NCBI GenBank assembly: GCA_951406725.2
Contig: OX597837.1
Span: 45,942,001 to 46,006,000, forward strand
DNA length: 64,000 bases
Direction: 5' to 3'
DNA from: Octopus vulgaris
Lineage: Eukaryota
Below, in pieces: positions 1-13,189 of this stretch (its first letter is position 1; each line of letters starts with the position of its first letter). The notes beneath the pieces are model-generated. The model worked only from the letters and a program-made list of their open reading frames with translations, was not told where the DNA came from and ran no database searches. The translations under genes were made by a program, and so were the position numbers.

Positions 1-931
1 ATATTTATTCCAATATGAGGGCATCTGATCCTAACAAATGAGGTAGACAAGCGTGTTCCCTACAGAAGTCTTTTCTCTACAGGAAAACACAAAGATGACC
101 AAGAAAATAAATGATGGTCTGAGCTTCACAGCTGTGTGAGCCACACATTTTATGTCAATGAATCTACCATTTGTTCCATTTACCAAGTGAGTGGAGGTGA
201 TTCATTTATCACTGATTCATTTATCACTGTGTAACATGATTTTTGTCCTTGGGTAGCAACTGTTATTTCCTCTTTGCTTACCCCCTAGAAAGTATGAAAA
301 ATGCCTAGTATTTCCTTCAAATTTTGCTTTTATTCAAACCCCAAAGAATTCCTCTCAACACATGGTTATGATGCTCCCCCAGTACTCTTGCACATGATCA
401 GAGATGCACATCGTGTCAGCCACTAAGGGACAAGCTCAACTGGTCAAGGTCAAACAACTGACAAGCAAATCTGTGGTATTGAGCAGAACATTTGCTATAA
501 TGATATTTCTGCTTCAGCCACTCAGCACTGAATCTTTTTGAAATGTAATGGAAAATAGGTCAGTTTCAAAACATTGATGTCCAGATCCCAAAAGCAAAGT
601 TTGAAGGGAATAGCAGTCCTTTCCTTTGATTTCTAGACAGAAGCAAATAGGAAATAACATTTACTGACCAAAGACAAGAAGACAGTGTTATCAGGGCTTT
701 TTTTTGTTGTTTTTTAACCAAACTCTCATGACAAATGAGGATAGAGGTACCCTATTATATATAACATGTGTATAATACACTATTGTATAAAATGTGTATA
801 TAACATACTATCATACACAATGTGTGTGAATAAGAATCTATATATATATATATATATATGCATGAAATATATTTCAGAGTGTATACAACTTGCTAAAGTG
901 TATAAGCTTGCATGTGTGTGCATGTGTGCCT

Positions 932-979
<48 letters not shown>

Positions 980-1980
980 CTAAGCATTAAATATTTGTAC
1001 GTATATTACATAGATATGGACATGTGTGAAAATATGCGTAACAAACTCAGAACTATTACTGCAATAACGACCACCACCACCAAATGACAACAAGTATAAA
1101 ATTTAAAGAATTTGGGATTTTTTATACAAATAAAGATTTCCCTCACACACCCCACCCACCCCACACTTTTTTGTAAATCCTTAAAAATGTTTTAGCCCAA
1201 AGGCCGCGACCATGCTGGGGCACAATAATTATTGTACGAACGTAACTGGTGGTGGTACTTGGAAGTTCCAGAAACAGAAGGTCAACCAGCGACCTGACTT
1301 GACACACAATCAAAATATGACCACCACCACCAACAACAACAACAACAACTCTACAAGATATAACAGAGCGGAATAAACTAATAGCATAATAAAAAAAAAA
1401 TAAATAAATATTATTAAATAAAATTTGTTGCAAAAAAATTTTAATATTTCAAAAAAAAAAAACATAATAAAGCCAATAGTTGAAAAAAATAAAAAGTTTA
1501 AATAAAACGGATTTGCCTCCTTCATTTAAATAACGGTAATTGTTTATCTTTTATTTGTTTCAGTCACTGGATTGCAGCCATGCTGGAGCATTTCCTCAAA
1601 GGGTTTAGTCAAACAAATTGACCCTAGTATTTATTTTAAGTCTGAATCTCTTGTCATACCGTTCCACCCATGCCAGCATGGAAGACAAATGTTAAACGAT
1701 GACGACGATGATGATGATGATGATAAGGTACCCAAAAGTAACTAGAAACACTCTCTGAGGGACAAGCCCGTTGTAGTTCAGATTTCCACCACTGGAAGTC
1801 ACTTGATGCAACCCTCAGGCATCAGTCTGCTGACCGGTGGTGACCAGTGGAGTCGTACTGCCATGTAGTGCATCTTTTTGTAATGCTTATCAGCCGAAAC
1901 CTTGTGTTAACAACAAAGAAGATGAGGACAAATATCTGTCGAATGTAAATAATGTATTTAACATCCTGTTTTTTTGTTTT

Positions 1981-2170
1981 TTTTTACTTGTTTCAGTCAT
2001 TTGACTGCAGCCATGCTGGAGCACCGCCTTTAGTCGAGCAAATCGAACCCGGGACTTATTCTTTGTAAGCCCAGTACTTATTCTATCATCTCTTTTGCCG
2101 AACCGCTAAGTGACGGGGACGTAAACACACCAGCATCAGTTGTCAAGCAATGCTAGGAGGACAAACACAA

Positions 2171-2209
<39 letters not shown>

Positions 2210-2374
2210 TACGACAGGCTTCTTTCAGTTTCCGTCTACCAAATCCACTCACAAGGCATTGGTTGGCCCGGGGCTATAGCAGAAGACACTTGCCCAAGAT
2301 GTCACGCAGTGGGACTGAACCCGGAACCATGTGGTTAGTTAGCAAGCTACTTACCACACAGCCACTCCTGTGCC
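1981..2374 (-). mobile_element. tRNA-derived SINE, dominant family, full length
   Basis: Head with A/B-box-like TGGCTGTGTGGT...GGTTCAGTCCC, internal (TA)/(TG) microsatellite, tail GGCGGTGCTCCAGCATGGC...CAGTCAAATGACTGAAACAAG; many similar copies in the window. Confidence 0.85.
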
Positions 2375-2784
2375 TATAAATATGGTAATAAAAATAAATA
2401 AAATATTTCTATGTCAAGGCAGCTTTGACAGTTTCCCAGTTACCGTTACTACTCAGCAGAGGTTTTAATTTCACTTAATAATTAATAGCCTTCGTTAAAC
2501 ATTTGACATTAAGGGGACAAACTAACGAAATGGTCATTAACAAGAACACCTTTGATCACAAGTCTACTTAATTAGGAATGAGCTGGAATTAAAATTAAAA
2601 TCAACAATCTATCACCTGGTTTAACTCTTGTTACCAAATTTCTATTGCAAGACAACTCTACCTTTGCTTCAACTCATTTTGAAAATATCGAAGAATTTTA
2701 TAATTGATGTTTGGAAGATAAATTCAATGGAAAATTTGATAGAAAGGCTTTCCTTTAGACCACTTTAACCGTTTTGTTACCATA

Positions 2785-3129
2785 GGTGCAGAAGTGGCTG
2801 TGTGGTAAGTAGCTTGCTAACCAACCACATGGTTCCGGGTTCAGTCCCACTGCATGGCACCTTGGGCAAGTGTCTTCTACCATAGTCTCAGGCCAACCAA
2901 AGCCTTGTGAGTGGATTTGGTAGATGGAAACTGAAAGAAGCCCGTCGTATATATATATATATATATATATAAAATTTGAAACTGACTTGAAAATTGGAAA
3001 TCCACCTGAAGATTGTCGATCAGGACAAGAAACAATTGTAGTGGCGGTTTTTTTTACTTTTTATTAAAATTTTATGTATTGATTAAGTCTTTCCTTGTTT
3101 GTTTTGCAAAATAGTGGTTTTGTCTCTAA

Positions 3130-3193
<64 letters not shown>

Positions 3194-3387
3194 TTGTGTG
3201 TCTGTGTTTCCCCCCACCCCCCCACATCGCTTGACAACCAATGGCGGTGTGTTTACGTCCCCATAACTTAGCGGTTCAGCAAAAGAGACCAATAGAATAA
3301 GTACAAAGAATAAGTCCTGGGGTCAATTTTTCTCGACTAAAGGCAGTGCTACAGCATGGCCGCAGTCAAATGACTGAAACAAGAGAG
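2785..3387 (+). mobile_element. Dominant SINE, interrupted by a hammerhead-bearing insert (2971-3137)
   Basis: Same head and tail as 1981-2374 in the opposite orientation; ~170 bp foreign segment inside its (TA)n. Confidence 0.85.
3002..3044 (+). ncRNA. Minimal type I hammerhead ribozyme
   Basis: CCAC-CUGAAGA-UUGUC(gaucag)GACAA-GAAA-CAAUUG-UA^GUGG: helix I CCAC/GUGG, helix II 5 bp, palindromic helix III, GUA cleavage triplet; all core nucleotides present. Confidence 0.85.
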
Positions 3388-3521
3388 TATATTTCTCTTG
3401 AAAAACACCATCTTGGTTTCTATTTTGAAAAATAATGAAGAGTTTAATAAAATGAATTTGTTGTTATTAAACTGATGCTGGGACATAAAATTGAAACCTT
3501 GATGTAAGGTTTTGTTTCAGG

Positions 3522-4243
3522 TCAGTGGTTCTCGACCAGGGTCCGTATAAGATTTGGGGGGAGCTATTATGCAAGTAAAATAGTAAATTGGAAATCCAAG
3601 GTAGTATTTTAAGGGTCCATGGAAAAAATGTTGCTTTTAGAATGTATTTATTGCAAAAAACAGGTCTCAGCTTCTTTCTCTAATGTTTTACAAAGTTCAA
3701 ATTACACAAGCAAAGGTCTGAAGAACAAAATATTGACAGAAAGTATCTGTGAAACTAATTTTTTTAAACAGTCAGCACTGACTGACTGGCACCCGTGTAG
3801 GTGACACGTAAAAGCACCAACCGATCATGGCCGTTTGCCAGCCTTCCCTGGCACGTAAAAAGCACCATCCAAACGTGACCGATACCAGCGCCACCTTGAC
3901 TGGCTTCTGTGCCATTGGCACGTAAAAAGCACCAACTGATCGTGGCCGTTTGCCAGCCTGCTCTGGCCCCTGTGCCGGTGGCATGTAAAAAACACCCACT
4001 ACACTCATGGAGTGGCTGGCGTTAAGAAGGGTATCCAGCTGTAGAAACACTGCCAAATCAGACTAGAGCCTGGTGCAGCCTCCATGGCTTACCAGACCCC
4101 GGTCGAACCGTCCGACCCATGCTAGCATGGAAAACGGACGTTAAATGATGATGATGATGATGATAGAATGGCTTTCAGGGTCCACCAGAATGAAATAGTA
4201 ATGAAAGGGGGCCACAAATAAAAAAAAATGTTGAGAACCACTG
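3522..4243. mobile_element. hAT-like MITE (CAGTGGTTCTC TIRs)
   Basis: CAGTGGTTCTCGAC ... TTGAGAACCACTG termini; related copies at ~4559-4720 and ~20003-20225. Confidence 0.6.
3772..4162 (+). mobile_element. 3' UTR fragment of RTE-type LINE with internal ~65-bp repeats and (GAT)n tail
   Basis: Repeated TGGCACGTAAAAAGCACC units, GGAAAACGGACGTTAAA(TGA)n end; same sequence follows an RTE stop codon at ~26010. Confidence 0.75.
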
Positions 4244-4928
4244 AATTAAATCAATTTAAAAGAGGAAGTTTGTAGCATAAAACTAGCAGCAGTCTCAGGT
4301 GAGTTAGTGTCAAAAAGGGGTTAAGATCACTTCCTGATCTTTGGGTGCCAGAAACCAATAAAATAAATCTGCCATTATTAAGTTGGCATTTGGAACATAA
4401 ATCAAATGGAAATTTCAAGAGAAGGATTAAGTTTAGATCACTTTCAAAGAGAAAGTTTCTATCACAGAATCAGGGTTGGTCTCAGGTGAGTAAGTATTTA
4501 CGGGGTTACCAACATCACTGTTTGACATTCAGATGCCTTTAACAAGGTTTGTTTTACTGCAGGGGCTCTCAACCAGACTCCATATCGACCCCTGAGAGTC
4601 AATATAATATTCTTTGTTTTTAAAATTTTTGTGCAATAAATTGGTTTTCTTCCACAAAACACAAAATATTTTAATGATTTTTTTTTTTAAAACAATTCCT
4701 AATAACTGATTATAAAAATATCTTTTACTTGTTCCAGTTATTAGACTGGCCATGCTGGGGCACTGCCTTGAGGAATTTAAGTCGAACAAATCAACCCCAG
4801 TACTTTTTAAAGTTTGGTACTTTGTCTATTGATTTCTTTTGCCAAATCACAAAGTTATGGGGACGTAAACACACCAACACCGGTTGTTCAGTGGTGCTGG
4901 AGAACAAACACAAAAGACATACACACAC

Positions 4929-4968
<40 letters not shown>

Positions 4969-4969
4969 C

Positions 4970-5440
4970 TTTATTCTTTTACTTGTTTCAGTCATTTGAC
5001 TGTGGCCATGCTGGAGCACCAACTTTAGTCAAGCAAACTGACCCCAGGACTTATTCTTTGTAAGCCTAGCACTTATTCTATATTAGTCTCTTTTACCGAA
5101 CCGCTAAGTTACGGGGATGTAAACACACCAGCATCAGTTGTCAAGTGATGGTGAGGGGACGAACACAGACACACAAACATATACACACACACGTGTGTGT
5201 GTGTGTGTGTGTACATGTGTATGTGTGTATTTTTGTCCTTCTACCATTGCTTGACAACCGATGCTGGTGTGTTTACATCCCTATAACTTAGCAGTTCAGC
5301 AAAAGAGACTGATAGAATAAGTACTAAGGGCTTACAAAGAATAAGTCCTGGGGGGGTGGTCGATTTCTTTGACTAAAACCCTTTAAGACGGTGCTCCAGC
5401 ATGGTCACATTGAAATGACTGAAAGAGGTAAAAGAGTAAA
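4970..5440. mobile_element. Two SINE 3' halves fused in inverted orientation
   Basis: Minus-strand SINE tail (4970-5190) joined at cacacacACGTgtgtgtg to a plus-strand SINE tail (5192-5440). Confidence 0.7.
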
Positions 5441-5786
5441 AGAAATCCCAGCCATTGTTGGAACTCTTTTACGGCCGAGTGAAGTGGATGCAGCGGGTTC
5501 TGCTCAATGCACCGTGTCGTCTTGGAATGCAATCCATGATCCACGACGTTAGGATTGTAAGGGTGATGGCCTACCCCCTACACCACCACCACCACCGCTC
5601 AACCACACAGCTACGACAACTACTAAGAACTATAAATGCTGCAGTTAACAGAATCAAACCTGAGGTGGGTTTTTTTTTTTGTGTGGTTTTGGTTTTGTCA
5701 GGATTAGCAGAAAAATTGTGTCAGTTAGGATAGGAAAAACGTTATTTCTGACTGTAAAATGCTGATGTGAAAGAGTTAAAAGTAAA

Positions 5787-6322
5787 GTGGAGGAGGAAGA
5801 GGGAGAAAGAAGAGGATGGAGAAGGATGGAGAAAAAAGAGGAGAGGGAAAGAGAAGGAGGAGGAAGGAGAAAGAAGAGGAGGAAGGAGAAAGAAGAGGAG
5901 GAAGGAGAAAGAAGAGGAGGAAGGAGAAAAAGAAGAGGAGGAAGGAGAAAGAAGAGGAGGAGGAGGGAGAAAGAAGAGGTGGAAGGAGAAAGAAGAGAAG
6001 GAGGAGGGAGAAAGAAAATAAGGAGAAGGGAGAAAAAAGAGGAGGAAGGAGAAAAAAGAGGAGGAAGGAGAAAGGAGAAAGAAGAGGAGAGGGAGGAGTG
6101 AGAAAGGAGGAAGGAGAAAGAAGAGGAGGAAGGAGAAAGAAGGGGAGGAAGGAGAAAGAAGAGGAGGGAGAAAGGAGGAGGAGGGAGAAAGAAGAGGAGG
6201 ATGGAGGGAGAGAAGGAAGCGGAATGGGGAATGATGGAGAGGATGGAGGAAGAAGATGATGGAGGTGGCGGAGAGGACAGGGAAGGAGGGAGGGAGAGAG
6301 GTAGGAGGAGATGGCATAGAAA

Positions 6323-6358
<36 letters not shown>
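5787..6358. repeat. Polypurine minisatellite (~19-bp GAGGAGGAAGGAGAAAGAA unit) ending in (GA)n
   Basis: Directly visible; almost pyrimidine-free on the + strand. Confidence 0.85.
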
Positions 6359-6360
<2 letters not shown>

Positions 6361-6802
6361 GACTGACACTGTCATGTTTCTAAATGATTGCACAGCAGAT
6401 AAAAGGTAGGGTAGGTGGGTAGGGGACGTGTGTGTGAGTGTGTGTGTGTTTGTGTGTGTGTGTGTTTGTGTGTGCAGGTGCATTCGCCCTTCATGTGTAT
6501 GGCTATATTTGTGTGTGTGTGTGTGTGTGTTTGAGTAGAGCTTATTATCATCTGATCATTGTGTGTGTATATATATGAAAGCATGTACACATGCACATGT
6601 CAATGTGTGTGTGTGTGTGTATGTATATGTTTGAGAATGTGTGTGTGTGTGTGTGCTTATTCATACATGTATATATGTGCAAGCATTTGAGCAGCTCTTA
6701 TTTGGTTTGTGTGTGTATGTATGCAAGCATGCATGTGTGATTGTGTGTATAAGTGCACCTACATATCATTCTCTCTCTGTATATAGGTGTGTGTGGGTGT
6801 GG

Positions 6803-6859
<57 letters not shown>

Positions 6860-7041
6860 AGTCATGTGGAGCTGAGTAAACTATCACGATATATAAATAC
6901 ATACATGTGCATGTGTGTATATATATATATATATGTGTGTGTGTGTATATATATATGTGTGTGTGTGTGTGTATATGTGTGTGTGTATATATATGTGCGT
7001 ATATATATGTGTGTGTGTATATATATGTGTGTATATATATA

Positions 7042-7084
<43 letters not shown>

Positions 7085-7489
7085 ATATATCTGTGTATGT
7101 GTGTGTGTATACTATATATATATATATATTATATATAAATATATATGATACATATATAAAATATTTATATACACATAGTCCTTTTATTTTCCTGTACATT
7201 ATTATCATTGTTATTATTATTATTATTATTATTATCGTTAATGACAAAGTCTTCAACCAGAGCTGGATGTCACAGAAGAGAACATCAAACAATGACAATT
7301 ATAATCCACAGCTTCAAGTTTTGGAATTACGGGTGGGTTATCTTTGACCTTCATGGTACCCCATTAAGAAATGTCATATTAACAAACATGTACAACGTTG
7401 AAATCTGCCAGTTTCTGGTTAGCTTTTAAATCTCTCTGAATATGAAATACATTAGAAAGATGGCAGGTGAGTGGGGTGGTGGAAGGGTG

Positions 7490-8000
7490 GTGGTGGAAAC
7501 TTGGTTGGGGTGGAGAGCAGAATCTTGGAGGCTGGCAACAGAGTGTTGGGTGGAAGGTAGAATTTCGGTGCAGCAGGTAACAAGTAAAATCTTGGCAGAG
7601 ATGTATTCTAACATTTTGGTAAAATGATTGACAGAATTTTGGCAGGTAGATGACACACTCTTAGTAGGGGTGGTCTGTGAAACCTTGGCAGAGAGGATGG
7701 TAAGATTTTGGTGGGTGGCTAGAAGAATCTTAGCAGGATGTTTGACAGAGTTTTAGCAAAAACTTTGCAGGTGTATTTGGTAATATATTGGTAGATGGTT
7801 CACAGAATCTTGGCAGAAATGGATAAAGAAACCTTGAAAAGGGCTGGCTGAATCTTAACAGGGGTGCATGACAGAATCTTGGAGGAAGATTGGGTTATTG
7901 GTTGGTGGGAGGTGACTAGCAGAAACTTCAGGGGTAAAAGAACATGGATGGGTAGATGAAAGAATTTTGACTATCTTTGGTGGTGTTTGGTGTGGAATAT
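7490..8000. repeat. Degenerate ~22-24 bp minisatellite (core AGAATCTTGGCAG)
   Basis: Core variants at ~7521, 7542, 7561, 7588, 7612, 7635, 7657, 7681, 7704, 7726, 7749 and onward. Confidence 0.6.
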
Positions 8001-8264
8001 TAGCATGAAGGTCACTTAGTGGTTGGGGCTGACAATCGTGAATTTAATTCCTGATAGTGAATTGTGTTCTTGAGCAAGACACTTTACTTCACATTGCTCC
8101 AGTCCATTCAATTGGCAAAAATTAATTGTACCTGTATTTCAAAGGGGCCAGCATTGTCACATTCAGTGTCATGCTGGTAGACTGGATTCTGACCCCTTGG
8201 CCACTTATGCCCCCTCTCAAAGTTTTAATACTGAATAAAGTTACCCATCATTCTCTGCTCCTAG

Positions 8265-8318
<54 letters not shown>

Positions 8319-8913
8319 CTTTTCTATTTCTCCTAATTCTCCTTGTTTATACTTTCTCTTTCTCCTTTCTGTCTTTTCTCTCTCATCCTCTCTCCCCCAC
8401 ACTCCCACTCACTTACTCTCCCCCTCTCTTCCCCACACTCTCACTCACTTTCCATCCCTCTCTTCCCCTCCCTCTCTTCCCCTCATCTCTCTCACTCACT
8501 TTCTCTCTCCTCACCCCTCTCCCTCTCTTAAAACAAACACATGGAGATGTTAGAGGTTTAATTAAACACCCATGTCCAATTTAATGAATTCTCTGCGATT
8601 GTCCTCCAACTCATTAATTAAAAACTTTCCCGTTGCCCACAAATACTTTCACGACATTCACTTTTGGCAAACGTTATAACCAGGGCCCAACTCACAAAAC
8701 CCCCCACACTCTGTTTCACACAGTTTTATGGAGGGGAGGGGTCCATCCCCAAATATTCAAACTCTGATTAAAAGTGTTCAGTGAAATAATTCATTCCTTC
8801 ATTGATGCCTTGTGGTTGTCATTGAGGATTAATTGCCTAAATTAGCTCCTTCGTTAATTATGAACTTCATCAAGACTCGTGTATCTGGTGGAGACATTCT
8901 CACACACACATAT

Positions 8914-8944
<31 letters not shown>

Positions 8945-9047
8945 CACACACATATATATATAAACACACATATATACACACACACATATATATACACACA
9001 CACACATATATACACATACACACACATATATATATACACATACACAC

Positions 9048-9078
<31 letters not shown>

Positions 9079-9141
9079 TATATATACACACACACATACA
9101 TATATACACATACACACACATATATATATACACACACACAC

Positions 9142-9184
<43 letters not shown>

Positions 9185-9217
9185 CATATATACACACACA
9201 CACATATATATACATAT

Positions 9218-9260
<43 letters not shown>

Positions 9261-9539
9261 TATATATATAATCTTTCGATTATTCTACTTTGTTACCTTT
9301 TACTTGCTTCAGTCATTGGCGCGTGGCCATGCTGGAGCACAGCTATGATGGGGTTTAGGCAAACAATTTGACCCCAGCACTTATTTTTTGAAGTCTGAGA
9401 CACTTACCCTAATCAGTGTCTGTTGATTTGTTTACAACCCTGTCACTTAGCCAAACTGCTGAGTTATGGACGTAAACAAACCAACACTGGTTGTTGAGTG
9501 GCGATGGGGGACAAAAGCTACACAAACACAAAGATGCGT

Positions 9540-9585
<46 letters not shown>

Positions 9586-9589
9586 CCTT

Positions 9590-9810
9590 TGTCTTTTATT
9601 TGTTTCAGTTATTAGACTGTGGCCATGCTGGGGCACTGCCTTGAAGAATTTGTTTTTTAGTTAAATGAATGAACCCCGGGACTTATTCTTTGTAAGCCCA
9701 GTACTTATTCTATCAGTTTCTTTTGCCGAACCGCTAAGTGACGGGGACGTAAACACACCAGCATCGGTTCTCAAGCAATGCTAGGGGGACAAACACAGAC
9801 ACACACACAT

Positions 9811-9845
<35 letters not shown>

Positions 9846-10017
9846 CATATATACGACGGGCTTCTTTCAGTTTCCGTCTACCAAATCCACTCACAAGGCA
9901 TTGGTCGGCCTGAGGCTATAGCAGAAGACACTTGCCCAAGATGCCACACAGTGGGACTGAACCCGGAACCATGTGGTTGGTTAGCAAGCTACTTACCACA
10001 CAGCCACTCCTGCGCCT
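9590..10017 (-). mobile_element. Dominant SINE, full length
   Basis: Same head, microsatellite and tail as 1981-2374; a further partial copy at ~9295-9580. Confidence 0.85.
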
Positions 10018-11498
10018 GTTAATTTTTTTTTTACAAACATGATTCTACAATATCTTGAAAGAGAAATACAATGCTGGACACGTGACAAGTGGGGTAGGGA
10101 TGGGAATGGGGTGGGGGGCGCATGGTGGAAGAGAAACTCACTTGAAAACTGTTGAAAACAGGAAGAAAAATTTATAACAAAAATAATAGATTTAATTCCA
10201 AGAGAACAAAGAGAAAGAAGAATCCAAAAAAAGGTGAGGTGGGGGAATCAAGCAGCAGAAGATGGAGGAGGAGGAGGGAGAGCAAGGGACCACACCCCAA
10301 CAGAACAAATGAAGTAACTACTACAGGGAGAGTGTTGTTTGCCATTCTCCAGGGTAACGCAGCCTCTCCGTCATGACCGTAGGGGTACAACTGAACACAC
10401 CCTTTATTCTGGGGTGTGCTGCCCATTGCTCCTTCCCCCCTCCATCTTCTACAGCTTAACTTTCTCCCCACCTTTTATTTTTCTTTTAATTTTGTTTCTT
10501 CAATTCCTTGAAATAATTAAATTGTGAAAAATAATAAATTAGAAATAAAATTTTTTAAAAATGAAATATATTGCAACCTACCTGTTTTGTCTTCATTTTC
10601 CTTTTCTTCTTTTTGTTCATCATCATGTCAGTAGTAGTAGTAGTGGCTTTTGCAGAATAATCCAGGTCAGCCCTGATTTGAGTTGGTCAATGGCATGTAG
10701 GCAGACTGCTAAATACAATGTGGTACAATCCAATCTGCACTAGCACCATGCCTTACAACAAGGTTTAAAACTCCAAGATGCAGTATGGGTGGTAGTGGTG
10801 GTGCCGGTGGTGGTGGTGCAATGCAGTAAATCTTGCCATGTTGAAAGTTTTCTCCAGTGTCCAGTTTGTTTCTGCATACCAAGAGGCCCTCATGGTAGCC
10901 ACAACAGAAACAAGAACACAGTAGTAGTAGTAGTAGTAGTAGTGCTGCTGATAGTGTCATTGGTGACAAACGTAGTAGTAGTATCCACGGCAGCAGCAAC
11001 TGCAGCCAGTGTCCAAAGACAAACGTTGATGACAAGATGAAGATCAGTAAAGTTTCCAAAAATAGGTAACAGGAATTAAAGCTTATTGTCAGGAAGTGGG
11101 CTCCAGAGGGAAAGAACAAAGTTAAGTCCCTTGTATAAGGTATAAGGGGTAGAAAAGTCAGGAGTTCAATTCCTTGAATGAGATTTATGTTTAGAGCTGA
11201 CTTGTATTCCCTCCAACTCGACTCCACATCACCTTATAATGCAATATTGTTCATCAAATGGAAGCATTTCAGCAATTGTTCAAGTTAAACTTTGTAAAAA
11301 AAAAAAAACGATGAGAAAAACTCAAACCAAACACAAGAGTACAGAAATATTTTTTCCTCCTTGAAAAGATGTACCTCCATGCAGAAGTCCTGCTCCATGG
11401 AATATACATACATTCAGAGCTTCCACCTTAAGTGTATGAGATATTTTGGTACTGCCATTTTGGTGCTGCTTATCTGGTGTCGCCAAATCAATGCCAAT

Positions 11499-11616
11499 AT
11501 ACATACATACATGTATACATACATACATGTATACATACATACATGTATACATACATACATGTATACATACATACATGTATACATACATACATGTATACAT
11601 ACATACATGTATGTGT
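11499..11616. repeat. 16-bp tandem repeat (ACATACATACATGTAT)n
   Basis: About 7 copies visible. Confidence 0.85.
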
Positions 11617-12578
11617 ATTGAATAGGCTTAAAATGGTGAATGTTTACACTTGTCAGCCTTCATTATAATACAAAAGTAAAAAAACTGAATAGACATGTAC
11701 TGTACTGCCAAATTTTTGCTGTTTTAGTGAGTTAAGCCACCATATACACACATACACACACACACAGTGAAAGAGACAGACAGATAGACAGACACATATA
11801 CACATATTATACACCTATATACATGTAGATAGATAGATAAATAGATTTCTTTATTGGTCACTCAAGGCTGAACACAGAAGGGACAAAATACAAAGTAGAG
11901 CTTTTCTTTTTGGGAAGAAGAGAAGGAAAAATAAGGGTCAAATTCCGATCAAAAGGGATCGTGAAAAGAAAAAAAAAAAATTGATAGATAGATAGACAGA
12001 CAATGTATGAGATGCATACATATCTATCTATAAATATATATATATATATATACATACATGCATACACACACATAATACATACACTCACACATATATATAC
12101 ATATACATGACGTTGCACATGTTAACACATACAATTAATCATAAATATTAAATATAATTAAGACATAAATACAAAATAAAAACAAAAAGAGAAACAAAAA
12201 GTACAAAATTCCCTAATGATAAGGTCCACATTAATATCTCAAACAAACAAAATTATTTTCACACAATTTCTAAAATTTAACCTTAAATGCAGGAACACTA
12301 CAACAGAAAGTGTCCTGTTTTAATTAAGTTGTAATCAAAAAATTAATTCAGGAATATAAAATGTATTTAAATATACGAATGACACATTTTCATTTGCATG
12401 TAGAAAATATATGCACAAAATAAATTTTTTGAAAAATGCGTTTTTTTGAGTTTTTTTCCGAAATATGAAACCAGGGTAATTGAATAAAATTTACATAGCA
12501 ATTAAAATTCTTTTCAATTAAAAAGCATTCCACATGGAAATGCATGAAAACGTACATACATAATATATACATACATAC

Positions 12579-12615
<37 letters not shown>

Positions 12616-13189
12616 CATATGCATACATATTCATACATACATATATATATATCATAAATATATATATATATACATAAATATATATATATAAAAGGCAGGA
12701 TGTGTGTGTGTGTACGTGAATGTAGTTTATGCACATCCACAAATTAGCACGCATGTCGCTCATATTTTAGGAGGACATTCATCACGACCCTAGCTGTATT
12801 TTCGTCAAATTATTTTCCCCCAAGGCACCCGCAAATAGTGGTAAATAATTTTGAGCCATAATTTCTAACAATTTTCAAGTCAGAGAAATACACAATCATA
12901 TGCAAATATGAATTAAGTCCCCCTCTAGTGACGATGTAAAGCGAGAGAGAGAGAGAGATAACAGATTATTAAAATTTCATCTTTTTAGTGAATCATTGAC
13001 AGACAGGGGTTATTATGTATGTATGTATGTGTGAATGGCTTCAGTCATACACACACACACAAGCATGTATGCGTACAAAACACATGTATGCAATGTGTGT
13101 GTGTTGCCCGTATATATATGTGTATATATATATGTGCTCCCATTGCGACACTTATACTGCAGAAGTGGGTTGGGTATGAAAACCAACTT

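Larger units (their letters stand above)
2765..4324. mobile_element. TTAA-flanked (piggyBac-like) MITE hosting nested insertions
   Basis: TTAACCGTTTTGTTACC ... GTGTCAAAAGGGGTTAA termini; internal pieces at 3388-3521 and 4244-4324; related degenerate copies at ~2620-2765, ~4370-4510 and ~25815-26542. Confidence 0.5.

Noticed and set aside
2300-2374. tRNA-like A/B boxes
   Set aside because: SINE heads, not cloverleaf tRNA genes; no true tRNA or rRNA seen.
5450-5580. CpG-rich segment with an open minus frame (PYNPNVVDHGLHSK...)
   Set aside because: No credible splice sites and no similarity to INTS13 or any recognised protein.
5742-6483. E/K/R-rich and S/F/L/P-rich ORFs
   Set aside because: Polypurine minisatellite open in most frames.
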